This document shows, in pieces, positions 1-11,110 of a stretch of DNA of 64,000 bases (position 1 is its first letter; every line of letters begins with the position of its first letter). The position numbers and the translations under genes were made by a program. The stretch is from contig OZ025726.1 of NCBI GenBank assembly GCA_964019335.1, positions 310,001-374,000 of the forward strand, in the 5' to 3' direction. The notes under the pieces were generated by a model. The model was not told the origin of the DNA and made no database searches. It saw only the letters and a list, made by a program, of their open reading frames with translations. Source of the stretch: Diplonema japonicum (taxonomy: Eukaryota > Protista > Euglenozoa: Diplonemea).

Positions 1-41
1 TTTTTTTTTTTTTTTTTTTTTTTTTTTTCTTTCTTCCATAC

Positions 42-988
42 GATGGGGCTCAACGAGTTGCCTTTGAACAAAATAGAGTAAATCACGCTGAAAATCTTAC
101 GTGTAGTGGTGACAGTGGCGTTGACAAGAGGGTCAAAGGTCGAGATGGTGAAGAAGATAAAAGACTGCCCCAAGGCGGAACAGATCGAGAACTGGATTTT
201 TTTTTTTTTTTTTTTTTTTTTATGTAATTCACTTCCCTCTTTACCTTGATGATCAACCACATGATGCGGGAGTCTTTGTTGCAGAATTCAATGGCGGCAG
301 AAATCTCGGAGTTCATGAAGGCAGCCACGATGGCAACCAGCAACATGTAGAGGTTGGTCCAAAACATAAAATCGTAAGCCTTAAGCTTAATGTTCTTCTC
401 GGCCGTCTTTGCCTTCAACCTCTTTTGCACACCACCAGTTAAGCCATCGCACGCCAAGGATCCTGCAAGCATGAACATACCCAAGTACGTGGACTCGGGT
501 GTGTCCTTCTTGCCACTCCCGAGCGAGACCACAGAAGTTCCAATGACAATTGCTGCAACCTGAGCATAGTCTCGGAGGGTGTATGTGGCTCCCCCTAAGA
601 GCAGCGAGCCTATCATCACTGGGATCATTTTGGCCGATTTTGCCAGTGTCGCGACGGGGAATGAGACACCGTACTTGAGAGCAGAGTTTGTGCACCATTT
701 ACTGAGCACTTGGGTGAAACCAGTTACTGAGAAAAGCTCGTGGGGTATGCCCCTTGTGAAGCCTGTGATTGCCAGCATTGTAAAGCTCACTAAAACGTTC
801 GCAGCGGCCTCTAATATCTGCAAGAACCACACGTAAGTAAACTTCCCCCCGTCGGCATCCTTGAACCTAAACACGTCCTCCTGCAAGCTCCCATAGTACA
901 TGTAACAAGCATAGATACCCCCCGCTCCCCACAACAGTTGCGGGATCGTCCCTTTCTTCTCCACTCCCTTCTCGGGTTTTTCAGACAT
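42..988 (-). CDS. UAA-family nucleotide-sugar transporter (UDP-galactose transporter related, SLC35B1/HUT1-like); 3' end runs off the window
   Basis: Motifs YGSLQE, SFPVATLAKSAKMIPVM, SLACDGLTGGVQ. Exon 1 is 988..245, then a GT-AG intron 244..192. Exon 2 (191..42) restores FSICSALGQSFIFFTISTFDPLVNATVTTTRKIFSV. A further intron starts at 41 (GTATGG). Confidence 0.9.
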
Positions 989-1137
989 TTTTTTTTTTTT
1001 TTTTTCCCTTCCACCTGGTGATTATTTTTTTTTTTTTTTTTCCCGGGGAGGATGATACGGTCAAGATTTTTTTTTAAAAAATAAATAGAAAGAAAAAAAA
1101 CAGGAAAAGAAAAGAAAAGGGCGAGAAAAAAAATATA

Positions 1138-2720
1138 TGGGTCGATTTCAAAAAACCCCCCCCAAAATGAGGCCAATTGACACTTTCGTTGCATCTTTGG
1201 CATGCCGCCCCCTTTAAAAAAAATTCTCCATATTTCCCGGCCCATATTAGGAAAGAACCCGGGTCAGAAATCGCTCAAGGGTGCTATTTTGACCTATGAA
1301 AAATTCAGTCTTAGGGTCAAAATCGGGTTTTAGTGGTTTTGGTAAAGTCAGAGATTATGCTTTCAATAGCAAGAAATAGCGAAACTCACTGCTAGAAGGT
1401 GGCTGAAATGATGTTGGTGACGTAAGTGGAAACCTTCATTTCCTAGTCTTCTGCGGCTGAGATGTGCTGCTGCTGAGTGGGCGACCTCGTTTCTTTTTCA
1501 TACTATTAGGCCTTCTACCGCATTTTGGGGGGGGTTTTAAGAGGCTCATTCATAGGTGTACTTGTGCTTTGGGCTTGTCATGGGGTGGCGAGTATTTTCG
1601 TAATTTGGTTACCATTCTTTCTCGTTTTTCAAGTCCGGGAAGGCTATCAGGAACGTCCTCACTCATCACAAGATTCATAGACTGGGGGCCTTTTCTCTGC
1701 CCTGTCTGCATCGAGTTCTTTGATGATGTACTTTAGTTCCTTCTAGCTCGTGGACGCACACGTAGCAAAACACCCTCCGGTGTGCTCCTGAGCTCATATG
1801 CACCTGTAAAATCCGGAAACTCAAGAATTTTCTTTTTGTACGGGCCAAAGACATCAGTAACTACATGCACGGCACACTGTATCGTATTGGTGATGTTAGC
1901 TATTTGTTCCACAGTTTTAATTGTGGAACGAGGCACCCAAAACCAAACACGAGAGAGCACACCAAAGTGGCTGTCCCTGTTGTTTTTGCCGTGTTTCTCC
2001 CCCAGAAACCACAGGGAAAACGTCCGATCGGGATATACATAACGAAGACCAAAAAGAACAAAGTAGCAAAATTCCTTTGCACGAAAGTGACGTCCACCGT
2101 CAGTCCAGAGTATCCACTCCATTTTTTTCTTTATTTTTTTCTGTGCCCATGCTACTGTGGAACAAGACTTTTCCAACAGTAAGGCCAGCTGCCCTTATTT
2201 CATCATGTGTGATGTGGTCAAGCCTCATGCCTCTGACCAATTGGCGCCGTGTGGTGTCTTGTTGGCTACTAAATCAACCAGAAAATGATAGCAGAAGTGC
2301 CGCTAGAAGTTCCCCTTTACACACTACGTCACAAACTAGTGCAGCACAGTCGTTGCCACTGAGCTTCTCAAAAACCTCTGTGGCAAGTGTCCTGATCGCC
2401 GTGGTGTTCCCATTTACCCTTTCTCGGTCCGAATACCATTTTTTTTTACCCCTAGCTTCTCAACAGCAAGTTTAAAAGCATCCATTTTTGTCACCCCCTC
2501 TTTTACTCAATTTGTGCAAAGTGAAAAAACCCATTTTTGCCCCTAGGATTGAATTTTCTGGGTACTAGTAACACTCACTTTCCCATTTTCTGGGGTGTTT
2601 TCTTTCCTAACCTGGGCCGGGAAAGTTGTAGAATTTTTTTTCTTTGGGAAAAAGTACTTAGAGAAATATTGAAAGTGTCAATCGGCCTCATTTTTTGGGG
2701 GGGGGTTTGAAACGATGCCA
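1138..2720 (-). mobile_element. Decayed cut-and-paste DNA transposon with ~120-bp imperfect TIRs and a DDE/D (Sola-like) transposase remnant
   Basis: Left end TGGGTCGATTTCAAAAACCCCCCCCAAAATGAGGCCAATTGACACTTTC is close to the reverse complement of the right end GAAAGTGTCAATCGGCCTCATTTTTTGGGG..TTTGAAACGATGCCA. Flanked by TATA at 1134-1137 and 2721-2724. Confidence 0.75.
1437..2485 (-). pseudogene. Transposase pseudogene (frameshifts and stops)
   Basis: Fragment 1733..2176 contains WTDGGRHF...GEKHGKNNRDSHFG, resembling the D..H...HGK...D core of Sola-like transposases. Adjacent frames are interrupted. A C-terminal KKRGRP AT-hook-like motif lies near 1480-1497. Confidence 0.6.
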
Positions 2721-2865
2721 TATAAAGAATACCCACAAAGAATGCATTTTTTTTCTTTCTTTAGTTTTTTTTCTCTCTTCTCCTTTCCTTTTTCATTTTT
2801 TTCTTGGGGGGGGTAGTACACATATGGTTATTAGGTTATAAAGGAATACGGCGTTTGGGGGGGTA

Positions 2866-3488
2866 GGGGGGGTCACATGGGGGTGGTAAAGTGGGTTTTT
2901 TCAAATTCGGAAATAGCAGAGCACTGGAGCCGCTTAAACCATGTAAAACACCCCTTTCTCCAAAAAATCGATTTCCGCCCGGTACTTTTCACTTTTGGGC
3001 ACCTACAAGGCATTATTTTGCATTTTTAAAAAAGGTGACCACGGTTTGGTACCTGGCCTGTTGTCTCCCCTGTAGTTTCTGAATTTTCTGAATTTTCTGA
3101 AAATTTTAGAATTTGACCAGGTTTGTTCCACCCATTGATTGCGGCTCTTTAGGACGCCGCTACCGTTTGAACGGCAGAGTACTGTCTTACATCGCCCGAT
3201 TGTGAATTTTTCTGTGTTTTGCGCGGCATTTCTGATGAATATTTATCATTTTCTCGAGGTTAGGAGTAAGTTTGTTTTTTGCAAAGATTTCAGGTACCAA
3301 ACCGTGGTCACTGTTTTCAAAAATACAGATAAAGCATTAACAAGTGCTCAGAAATGCTCTAATCTGGCGAATTTTGATTTTTTTGGTTAATTTTGAGGGT
3401 ATTGGGCGGTTTTTTTTACCTTAGGAGAAAAAATTTAAAAAAAAAAATTCACGTTTAACCACGTTTTTAAGGACCATGTGACCCCCCC
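2866..3488. mobile_element. MITE with 15-bp TIR GGGGGGGTCACATGG and TA target duplication
   Basis: TA-GGGGGGGTCACATGG at 2864-2880 and CCATGTGACCCCCCC-TA at 3474-3490. Internal GGTACC/ACCACGGT and GAATTTTCT repeats; no credible ORF. Confidence 0.7.
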
Positions 3489-3490
3489 TA

Positions 3491-3659
3491 GGGCTATGCT
3501 GGCATGGAAACGCGTTTCCATGCATTTTTTGAAAAAAAGGGAAACGGAAACGTTTCCTTATGTTTCCTTAAGAAGGAAGCCGTTTCCATAAGAATTTTGA
3601 AAAGTATGGAAACGGAAACGGGAACGGAAACGTTTCCACGTTTCCTGCCAGCATAGCCC
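3491..3659. mobile_element. MITE with 14-bp TIR GGGCTATGCTGGCA and internal GGAAAC/GTTTCC repeats
   Basis: TA-GGGCTATGCTGGCA ... TGCCAGCATAGCCC-TA, with many GGAAAC(G) motifs in both orientations. Confidence 0.7.
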
Positions 3660-3817
3660 TAGGGGGGGGGGGGGGGGGGGGGGAGATAAGAGATGAGGAG
3701 AAAAATATGGGGGGGGCAAATCATAAGAAATTAAGGGATGGCAGGGGGGGGAGAAAAAAAAAGACAGAAATCACAAAAAAAGAAGAAAAAAAATGGACAC
3801 AGAGATGAGGCATCTCC

Positions 3818-5308
3818 TTAGCCGTCGTAGTTCACTTCTTCCTCAACAATAATATCTTCCTCGGGTACGCAGGGCGTTAGCTGGTGCTCTGCTCGGATTC
3901 CTAGAATGGCCTTTGTCTTCATTTGCATCTCGAAACCGGTTATCACACCACAATCTTTCTTCTTCCGCAAGATGTTAATATATTTTATGTCTTGTGCGGT
4001 GTTGGCCAGCGTGCGCCTGCTTGTCGCTGAAATGAAGGATTTTACTTGTTCGATATCACCAAAAGCTTCTTTGTTCAACGAGGGCTTAGGTGGGACAGCA
4101 GGACACGTGGGAGGTGTCAGTCTCACGGGCACGGAAGCCTCGTTCACACGAGAAGAAGGTTCCTCACCGTCTTCTTCCTCTTCCTCCTCATCCTCCGAAG
4201 GAACTTCCCCGACAAACACTGTTTGCAGTAATTCTGAAGCCGTCCTTCTAAACCCTGCCTTTCTCTGCAGGCACGACACTAAAAGATCACTGCACTCGGA
4301 ACTGATCCCATCAGGAAAAGGCGGCGGGTCGGTCATGCGAGCGATTTTATACATAACAGCGAATGGTTCTTTGCATCCGAAGTCTGGCGGATCACCCATT
4401 AAAAGTTCTATCACTGTGATGCCAAAACTCCATATATCTGCTGAGATGGTATGCCCAGTCCCGGTGATGACCTCTGGTGCCATGAAACATGGGGTTCCAA
4501 CTGTTTTGGTTGAAAGGCCTTCTAAGCGTTCCGCAGCTCCGAAGTCTGCAAGCTTGACAGATCCTGAAACGTCGAGCAAGGTGTTGTCGCTTTTGACATC
4601 GAGGTGTGCCACGCCCTGTGCGTGGAGGTATTCGAGGCCTTGAAGCATCTGACGAGAATACCGCTTCACTACTTTTTCTTGAAGCTTCCCAAAGTGTTTC
4701 AATATACTCCGTAACGACCCTCCCGGTATGTACTCCATGAAGATCTGGAGCATGGTGTCCCGCCGTTCTGCACCGTAGTATCTGACGATATTGGGGTGTG
4801 CCAGGTGCTTCATCAAAGTGATTTCCTTGATTATATCGTTAATTTGTTCTTTCACTTCCTTCACTGCGTACTTGAAATTTATGTCTTTTACGGCAACTAG
4901 CTCGCCTGTCGAGGTGTTTAGCCCCATGTAGACGGTGCCGTTTGCGCCTTGTCCTAAAATTTGTGATCCGTTTTTTAAAATGTTGCATTTTTTTGAACGT
5001 TTCGTCCGGTTCGTCCGTGTGGGTAGGTTTTGGCTCGGTCTGCTCGGCAGCGACAGTTCCTCCGCTGCGGACGACGACGAAGAGGAAGAGCTAGTCGATG
5101 TCACCGTTCCGTTCTGGTACACGTTGTCGGCGTTCTTCATCGGTTTCAACGGGGTCGTGTCCGTGACCCTCGTCCCTGTTTCGTCGTGCCCCCCCAACTT
5201 CCCCTTCTTCTCCTCTTCCTTCAGGAATTTCTTAATCGCCCTCTTCCTTTCCTTATTCTGCTCTCGCTGTTTTTCACGGATTTTTTCATCTTCCAACAAC
5301 AGATCCAT
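3818..5308 (-). CDS. STE11/MEKK-family serine/threonine kinase (MAP3K-like)
   Basis: GQGANG, VAVK, HPNIVRYYG, MEYIPGGSL, HLDVKSDN, DFG, GTPCFMAPE, DIWSFG. Confidence 0.9.
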   Translation of the reverse strand: MDLLLEDEKIREKQREQNKERKRAIKKFLKEEEKKGKLGGHDETGTRVTDTTPLKPMKNADNVYQNGTVTSTSSSSSSSSAAEELSLPSRPSQNLPTRTNRTKRSKKCNILKNGSQILGQGANGTVYMGLNTSTGELVAVKDINFKYAVKEVKEQINDIIKEITLMKHLAHPNIVRYYGAERRDTMLQIFMEYIPGGSLRSILKHFGKLQEKVVKRYSRQMLQGLEYLHAQGVAHLDVKSDNTLLDVSGSVKLADFGAAERLEGLSTKTVGTPCFMAPEVITGTGHTISADIWSFGITVIELLMGDPPDFGCKEPFAVMYKIARMTDPPPFPDGISSECSDLLVSCLQRKAGFRRTASELLQTVFVGEVPSEDEEEEEEDGEEPSSRVNEASVPVRLTPPTCPAVPPKPSLNKEAFGDIEQVKSFISATSRRTLANTAQDIKYINILRKKKDCGVITGFEMQMKTKAILGIRAEHQLTPCVPEEDIIVEEEVNYDG

Positions 5309-5518
5309 TATTTTAAAAAATAAAAATTAATGGGGGGGGAGTGTAAAAAAAAGGGGGGTTTTTTTTTTAATTTTTATATTAAGGTTTAGGCTACCACCCT
5401 CCCCCTCCCTCCCCCCTTTTTTTTGTATGAGGTATGTTTAAAGGCAAGAGGAAAAAAAAAAAGAGTTTTCAATAAAAGCTTGGTTTTCTCTTCTTCTTTT
5501 TTTAATTTTGCCCTATTC

Positions 5519-8449
5519 TTACACCTGTATATCATTAATAGACCCGTAGTGCCATAGAGCAGACCACAAAAGGGATCTGGAGGTCTTTAAAAGGGCCTTT
5601 GCGAAGCTTGAAGGTGCGCGTGTCTTGAGGGCGTCCTTTAGCTTGGTGTCTAGCACCGCCTTGCTTGCTATGAATTCCACGTCATCTTCGTAGGCGGCTC
5701 CATCGATGGTGAAAGAGACATACAGCAGTTGGTCTATTTCTGCGAGACAGTTCTCACAATGGGTTTTGTGGATGCTGAAAGGGAAGTCCTTGGAACAGAC
5801 CTCGCAGACGCTTTTCTTCTTGTACTTTGCGGACCCAGTGTAGCCGCTTTGAATTTCAGGTAAAAGAATATCGTCCGGACACTTCTTCGGAGCTTTTTTA
5901 AGCCACTTTGACATCATTCCTTGCATGGCGGGGTTCGAATCTGTAGAAGCTCGTTTTTTCGCAGGTTTTCCTGCACTGCCGTTTGACAACCGTCTAGACT
6001 GCTTTTTCCTTTTAGGTATGCTCAGTACACCCACGACACTGCATAGCACCACGATCCCGTGCATAGATATTCTTGTTATCTTCCTCCTCTGTCTTCTTAA
6101 CAGTTTTTCCTGGGCTAACGCTGCCTTCGCCGCTACGTGGGATAGGCAGCCTGTGATGATAGCTGTTAAAACACCGTCGCTCTTCAGGGCTTTCTCCTGC
6201 ATAAATACCACAGCAGCAACACATGACAAGGTAACCAACGGTACGGCAGATCTGTCAAGAATCTCTCGCGACGGGGGAGGTGGAGGCAACAACGGTACAG
6301 TCGGCTCCGTCCCACGTAGGATATAAGGGAAATTCACAGAAATTTCATCTATGAACTGAGATGGGATAAATTCAGGCACGGAAGCTACATAAGATATCGA
6401 CAGATACTGAATAGCGCGTGTCATGGCGACGTAGCAGAGACGGCGTTCCTCTTTGAGCATGTCGTAAAGCGGGCTGGGTTCGATCTCGTACCGTGAAATG
6501 TTTTTGAGGATCTGTAGCTTTGGGACGGAGTTGAGACGAGTGCCCGGCATTACCGACTCGTTGCATCTGACTAGAAAAACAAAATCCCATTCCAGCCCTT
6601 TTCCTCCGTGAATGGTTGTTAGAGTGACCGGGGCTTTCCCTTCTTCTTCACCTCCTTCCAAACCAGATATCACGACGTGGTCGCAGAAGTTCTTGAGGTT
6701 CTGGATCTTGTCCTCGCAAACAGGGGGCTTCCAGGTGGTTCTCGCGTACGTCAGGATCTGTTCCACGGCGACCTCGCCGCTTGTCTTTTTTTTCGACTTC
6801 CCCCATTTTTCCTTCATCATCTTCCCATATCCGGTCTCGTTCAGGATGTATTCAATGACCTTTGGAACGGACCCGCTTGCTGCGATTTTTTTCACGGAGC
6901 TCAGCATATGGTGTATGTTCCGCAAGCTGGCCAGGGTTCTGTCTGTTTCAGATGCTCGTCTCCCAGGGGTCTTCTTTTTAGAGTCCTGTTCCACCGTGCT
7001 CGCCATCGCAAGCCTGTCGAAACCTTTGAACTGCAGTAAAGACCCTTGTGTCTGTCGGGCCTTTTTGGAATCGGCGCGGGGTGATTGAACCCCGTACAGA
7101 GAGATGTGATTCAGCTTCTCGTAAACGCTTGTTAAGTGGTCGGGGGTTGAGGTGCTTAACAGTTGTATGACGTCGTTCGGCTTCAATGATCGGTGCGGTT
7201 TGTTGAGGATTCTCTTGAAGAACGATATGTCTGAGCTGTTCGACACAAGGTACAGCAACGCAAAGACATCTTGGACAACAGCGTTCTGAGCCAACGGCTG
7301 CGAAATCTTCGACACGAAATCGATCCCGACCTCCTCGAGCCGCTTCTTGAAATCCGTCAGAGGTTCATGGTTCCGACACAATATCGCCACCGTTTTCTCC
7401 CGTTCACATGTAACTATTTTATGGATCAGTTCCACGACAGACCAGGCTTCCTGAGATGGGGAAACATGCTTAGAAATGCTGAAACCCCCGGGATCGATCC
7501 GGGTAGCGCTGCTGCTTGATCCACCTAAATTTAACTCAGCTTGCATCTTTGAAAGCTGAGCGGTGAAGTCGTTCGAGGACGTCTCATAGTAGATGTTGTT
7601 CCGGATGAGGTTGTTTGCCACTCGTGAGATATCCGCTGTGCACCGGTAGTTTTTCTCGAGCGACCGAATGGCGGTGTCGGGGAACGCGTCGTGGAAACGT
7701 TCAAACACTTTTGGGTTCGCACCTCTGAAGCCGTATATTGACTGGTTGACGTCGCCCACCACTGTGACCCCTGTGTTCTCGCCGACCAAAAGCTTCAAGA
7801 GTTCCCATTGGTCGTTGGACGTGTCCTGAAACTCATCAATTAGTATGTGTGCAAACCTCTGCGCGTGTTCTTTCCTCACGGTTTCGTTCTGCTTAAACAG
7901 AGACAGGGGAAGCCCGACCATATCGTTGAAATCGCATAGTCCAGCTGCTTTCATTTCTGACGTATAGATAGTTGCAGCCTTTTTGTATTCATATCCGTAC
8001 ATTTCATGATGCAAAAAGGCTTTTTGACCGGATTTGATCCCATCTACAACTTTGTCCAACCCGTCAGCGGACTCGAAGTCAAGCTTCACCCGGATCTTTT
8101 CGAAGATCAGGTTCCGTTCTGCCTCGGATGCTGTTTTAACAGGCTTTTCATATCCAAGCTCGGCGTATCGTTCCTTTACGATAGACAGGCCTAAAGCGTG
8201 GATTGTCATGATTCGGCACCCGTGCTCACGGTCAAGCATTCTCGAGACCCTTACCTGCATCGACTTCGCCGCTTTGTTGGTGAACGTGACACACAGCACT
8301 TGTTCCTCTTTGACAAAGTTGGTTGCAACGAGGTATTCAATCCTTTTACATAATACATGGGTCTTGCCACTCCCGGGTCCTGCCACAACGATGAGCGGGC
8401 TAGAGGGATCGACTTCCACGCATGCTTGTTGCAAATCATCATCGATCAT
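5519..8449 (-). CDS. UvrD/PcrA/Srs2-family SF1 DNA helicase with C-terminal extension
   Basis: AGPGSGKT, TFTNKAA, IDEFQD, VGDVNQSIYGFRGA, LEKNYR, TIHGGKGLEW, EERRLCYVAMTRA. First ATG is at 8449 (the ORF track starts at a non-ATG codon). Confidence 0.9.
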   Translation of the reverse strand: MIDDDLQQACVEVDPSSPLIVVAGPGSGKTHVLCKRIEYLVATNFVKEEQVLCVTFTNKAAKSMQVRVSRMLDREHGCRIMTIHALGLSIVKERYAELGYEKPVKTASEAERNLIFEKIRVKLDFESADGLDKVVDGIKSGQKAFLHHEMYGYEYKKAATIYTSEMKAAGLCDFNDMVGLPLSLFKQNETVRKEHAQRFAHILIDEFQDTSNDQWELLKLLVGENTGVTVVGDVNQSIYGFRGANPKVFERFHDAFPDTAIRSLEKNYRCTADISRVANNLIRNNIYYETSSNDFTAQLSKMQAELNLGGSSSSATRIDPGGFSISKHVSPSQEAWSVVELIHKIVTCEREKTVAILCRNHEPLTDFKKRLEEVGIDFVSKISQPLAQNAVVQDVFALLYLVSNSSDISFFKRILNKPHRSLKPNDVIQLLSTSTPDHLTSVYEKLNHISLYGVQSPRADSKKARQTQGSLLQFKGFDRLAMASTVEQDSKKKTPGRRASETDRTLASLRNIHHMLSSVKKIAASGSVPKVIEYILNETGYGKMMKEKWGKSKKKTSGEVAVEQILTYARTTWKPPVCEDKIQNLKNFCDHVVISGLEGGEEEGKAPVTLTTIHGGKGLEWDFVFLVRCNESVMPGTRLNSVPKLQILKNISRYEIEPSPLYDMLKEERRLCYVAMTRAIQYLSISYVASVPEFIPSQFIDEISVNFPYILRGTEPTVPLLPPPPPSREILDRSAVPLVTLSCVAAVVFMQEKALKSDGVLTAIITGCLSHVAAKAALAQEKLLRRQRRKITRISMHGIVVLCSVVGVLSIPKRKKQSRRLSNGSAGKPAKKRASTDSNPAMQGMMSKWLKKAPKKCPDDILLPEIQSGYTGSAKYKKKSVCEVCSKDFPFSIHKTHCENCLAEIDQLLYVSFTIDGAAYEDDVEFIASKAVLDTKLKDALKTRAPSSFAKALLKTSRSLLWSALWHYGSINDIQV

Positions 8450-8701
8450 GGGTTGGGCATGGGGATTCTCCCTTTTTTTCCCGTTTACCTGTGTAATTTG
8501 AAGCAAGTTTCTCTTTTTTCGTTCGCAAAAAGAAAAAAAAAAAAAAAAAAAAAAAAAAAAGAAAACACTCTAAAGTGAAAAGTGAGAAAAGTGAAAAAAA
8601 AAACTTACGCAACCCGTTGCTTTTTTGATTCCGGTTCATCGCCTACGCAGGGGGAAAAAAAATGTAAAGAGGAAAGGAAGAATTCTTTTTTTTTTTAGAA
8701 T

Positions 8702-10363
8702 TTATTTCAAACCTTTGTTCTTTTTCGGATGGTAAGCAACCACCTCGTCATCGTCTGACACCAGCTCATCTCCCGCGTTGTCTCCTTCTTTTTCGTCTTT
8801 CCCCTCACCTGCCACGGGTTTTGTCCCTGTAAGAATGTACTCAGACGGGTCCATAGTTGGATCGTGGGTGATGACAAGCTCGGCAGTGAGTTCTTGAAGC
8901 ATGTCTTCAAGAAGGATGGACCAGCCTTGAATCGAGTCGGAAGGGATCCAGGTGGAAAGGGGTTTTGCCTCGTTGGCGGTCATTTCCTCGTCTTCGTAAA
9001 TCAGTTTTTCGTCCTCTCCTTTAACCAGGCTGATCATGGGGTGGGGCATCGACAGCTCGTGTTCACAAAATGTCTTCACTACAAACCGAACGGTGGTCAT
9101 CAAAATGTTCGTTTTCAAGTACATGGTGTTTGTCCCACTCTGGCACACGTAGCACTTCGGGTTCAGTTGAGGGGCGTTCTCGGGGACGATGTAGCAGTCT
9201 TTTCTTTTTATCCTGGCAGGGAACCGGCGGAGGGACTGCACCTTGACCTTATTTTTCTCACCTTTAAGGATTTTAAGCGCTTCCAGAATGATACCACCGG
9301 AGATGACAGCGTTGGAGGTAGCGATTGCTGGTATGATGTTGCCTGCAAGGGATTTGATAGCGAACTCCGACTGGATGTCGATGAAGAAGTTCCACGCTCT
9401 GAGGTTGGCAACCGCAACGGTCAGCTGCAGTGCGAGCGGGTCGTCCTTGTCCCAAGGGATCTTCTCTTGTCGTTTCGTGAGATCTGTGAACGCTTTTGCA
9501 AACTCATCGGAAAGCTCTGCAACGGTTTTGATGCGTTGGGTTTCCAGGGCGGGGGTGGGTTCGGTTCCGTCCGCGGTTGCTTTTTTTGCAGCCTCCAAGG
9601 TCAGTTCCCTGCAATTCGCGTCTTTTTTCAAATTCTTCAACTCGTTGATCTTCTCGCTGAAGACTCCGTTGAAAACTTTCCCGACCCATGTCTCAGCGGG
9701 CTGTCCTGGTTGAACGTAGCTGAGAAGCGTTTCAAGCTCAGGGTCCTGATCGACTTGTTCACCGAAGAATCGTTTGTAGAACTCCTTGGCGTAATGCACA
9801 CAGTGTGTCATGCTTGAAGGCTTCTGGTGAATCGTGCACACGGCAAAAGAAACCTGACCGGTTTGTTTGGGGAAGCAGTCGTAGCATTGCGTCTCATCTT
9901 TGATGATCGGTTGGACTTGGCCGTTGTACCCCATTGTGCCACTCTCCACCAAAGGGATGTTTGCCTTCATGGCAAGTCTGTTTACATGGGATCGAGCCGA
10001 CCTGTTGTCTAAACCGTTCAAAATGATGTCGAATTTTTTGTAGAATTCTACCTCGTAATCTTGGGACTTTACGTTGTCGTAATAGGCTTTTATCTCTGCC
10101 TTTGGATTCAGTGCCATCACGCTTTCACGTGCCACCACTGCCTTGGGCTTGCTTACATGTTTCGGCCTGAATAAAAACTGTCTGTTTAAGTTGCTGCTGT
10201 CCACCGTGTCCAAGTCGATCACTTCGATGTGTTCAAATCCGGTCAGAACCAAGCTTTTCAACAGCTCGCAGCCTATCCCCCCTGCTCCACATACCAGTAC
10301 CTTTGCTTCCTGGATCTTTTTAAAGGTCTCTTCACCCACCACCCGTTTTGTATGGGCGAACAT
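8702..10363 (-). CDS. UBA2: SUMO-activating enzyme subunit 2 (E1)
   Basis: GAGGIGCELLK, DLDTVDSSNLNRQFLFR, GLDN..AR.HVNR, ESGTMGYNGQV, catalytic VCTI, AGNIIPAIATSNA, PKCYVC zinc motif. Confidence 0.93.
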   Translation of the reverse strand: MFAHTKRVVGEETFKKIQEAKVLVCGAGGIGCELLKSLVLTGFEHIEVIDLDTVDSSNLNRQFLFRPKHVSKPKAVVARESVMALNPKAEIKAYYDNVKSQDYEVEFYKKFDIILNGLDNRSARSHVNRLAMKANIPLVESGTMGYNGQVQPIIKDETQCYDCFPKQTGQVSFAVCTIHQKPSSMTHCVHYAKEFYKRFFGEQVDQDPELETLLSYVQPGQPAETWVGKVFNGVFSEKINELKNLKKDANCRELTLEAAKKATADGTEPTPALETQRIKTVAELSDEFAKAFTDLTKRQEKIPWDKDDPLALQLTVAVANLRAWNFFIDIQSEFAIKSLAGNIIPAIATSNAVISGGIILEALKILKGEKNKVKVQSLRRFPARIKRKDCYIVPENAPQLNPKCYVCQSGTNTMYLKTNILMTTVRFVVKTFCEHELSMPHPMISLVKGEDEKLIYEDEEMTANEAKPLSTWIPSDSIQGWSILLEDMLQELTAELVITHDPTMDPSEYILTGTKPVAGEGKDEKEGDNAGDELVSDDDEVVAYHPKKNKGLK

Positions 10364-10549
10364 TTTTTCTCTTTTTTTTTGCGCCCCTTATTATTATTTT
10401 TTTTTTTCGCTCTTCGGTTTTGTTCCAAGGAAGTCGTTAGAAAAAAGAAATTAATAAGAATAGAAACAAAGAAAACAGGGGGGGTGGGAGATTCCTTTTC
10501 TATTCCCCCCTTTCATCTCCCTCTAAGAAGGCTAATGCAGGCGGGAGAA

Positions 10550-10586
<37 letters not shown>

Positions 10587-11110
10587 CACTGCAAGGTGAA
10601 AAATGCGGGATACTGGGTCAGTCCGGCACTTCCCTCTCCCGTTGTACAGCAAAAGGAAAGTCTCCTTTTTAACACTTTTTTATGTTGGTAGTTCCTTCAA
10701 ACGGAGAAGGTAATGGACAGGCAGGAAAACAGGCATATTAATGGGAACAGATCACTTCATTTTCTTTTATACCCGTTCTTCTTCTTCTTCTTCTTCTCTC
10801 TCTCTTTTAAACTCTCCCCCATTTCTTTTGAATGAAGATGAAAAAGGAAAGAAAACACAAACTCTTTACAGGGAAATATTTCAAAAGTTTTTTAAAGTAT
10901 TCTAGGGGGGGGGAGGGGAATGCAACAATAATTTTAAAAAAGGCTACTAGACAATGGGGGGGGGGGGGGAGAAAATGAGAAGGGCTTTTTTGTTTTCCTT
11001 CTAAAGGGTCAAACTCTTTGACAAAGGTGAAAAATAAAAAAGGAAAGAAGAAAATAATAAATAAATGGAACAAAGCTTTTCCTTTCCCTTTTTTTTACCC
11101 CTCTTTTTCT

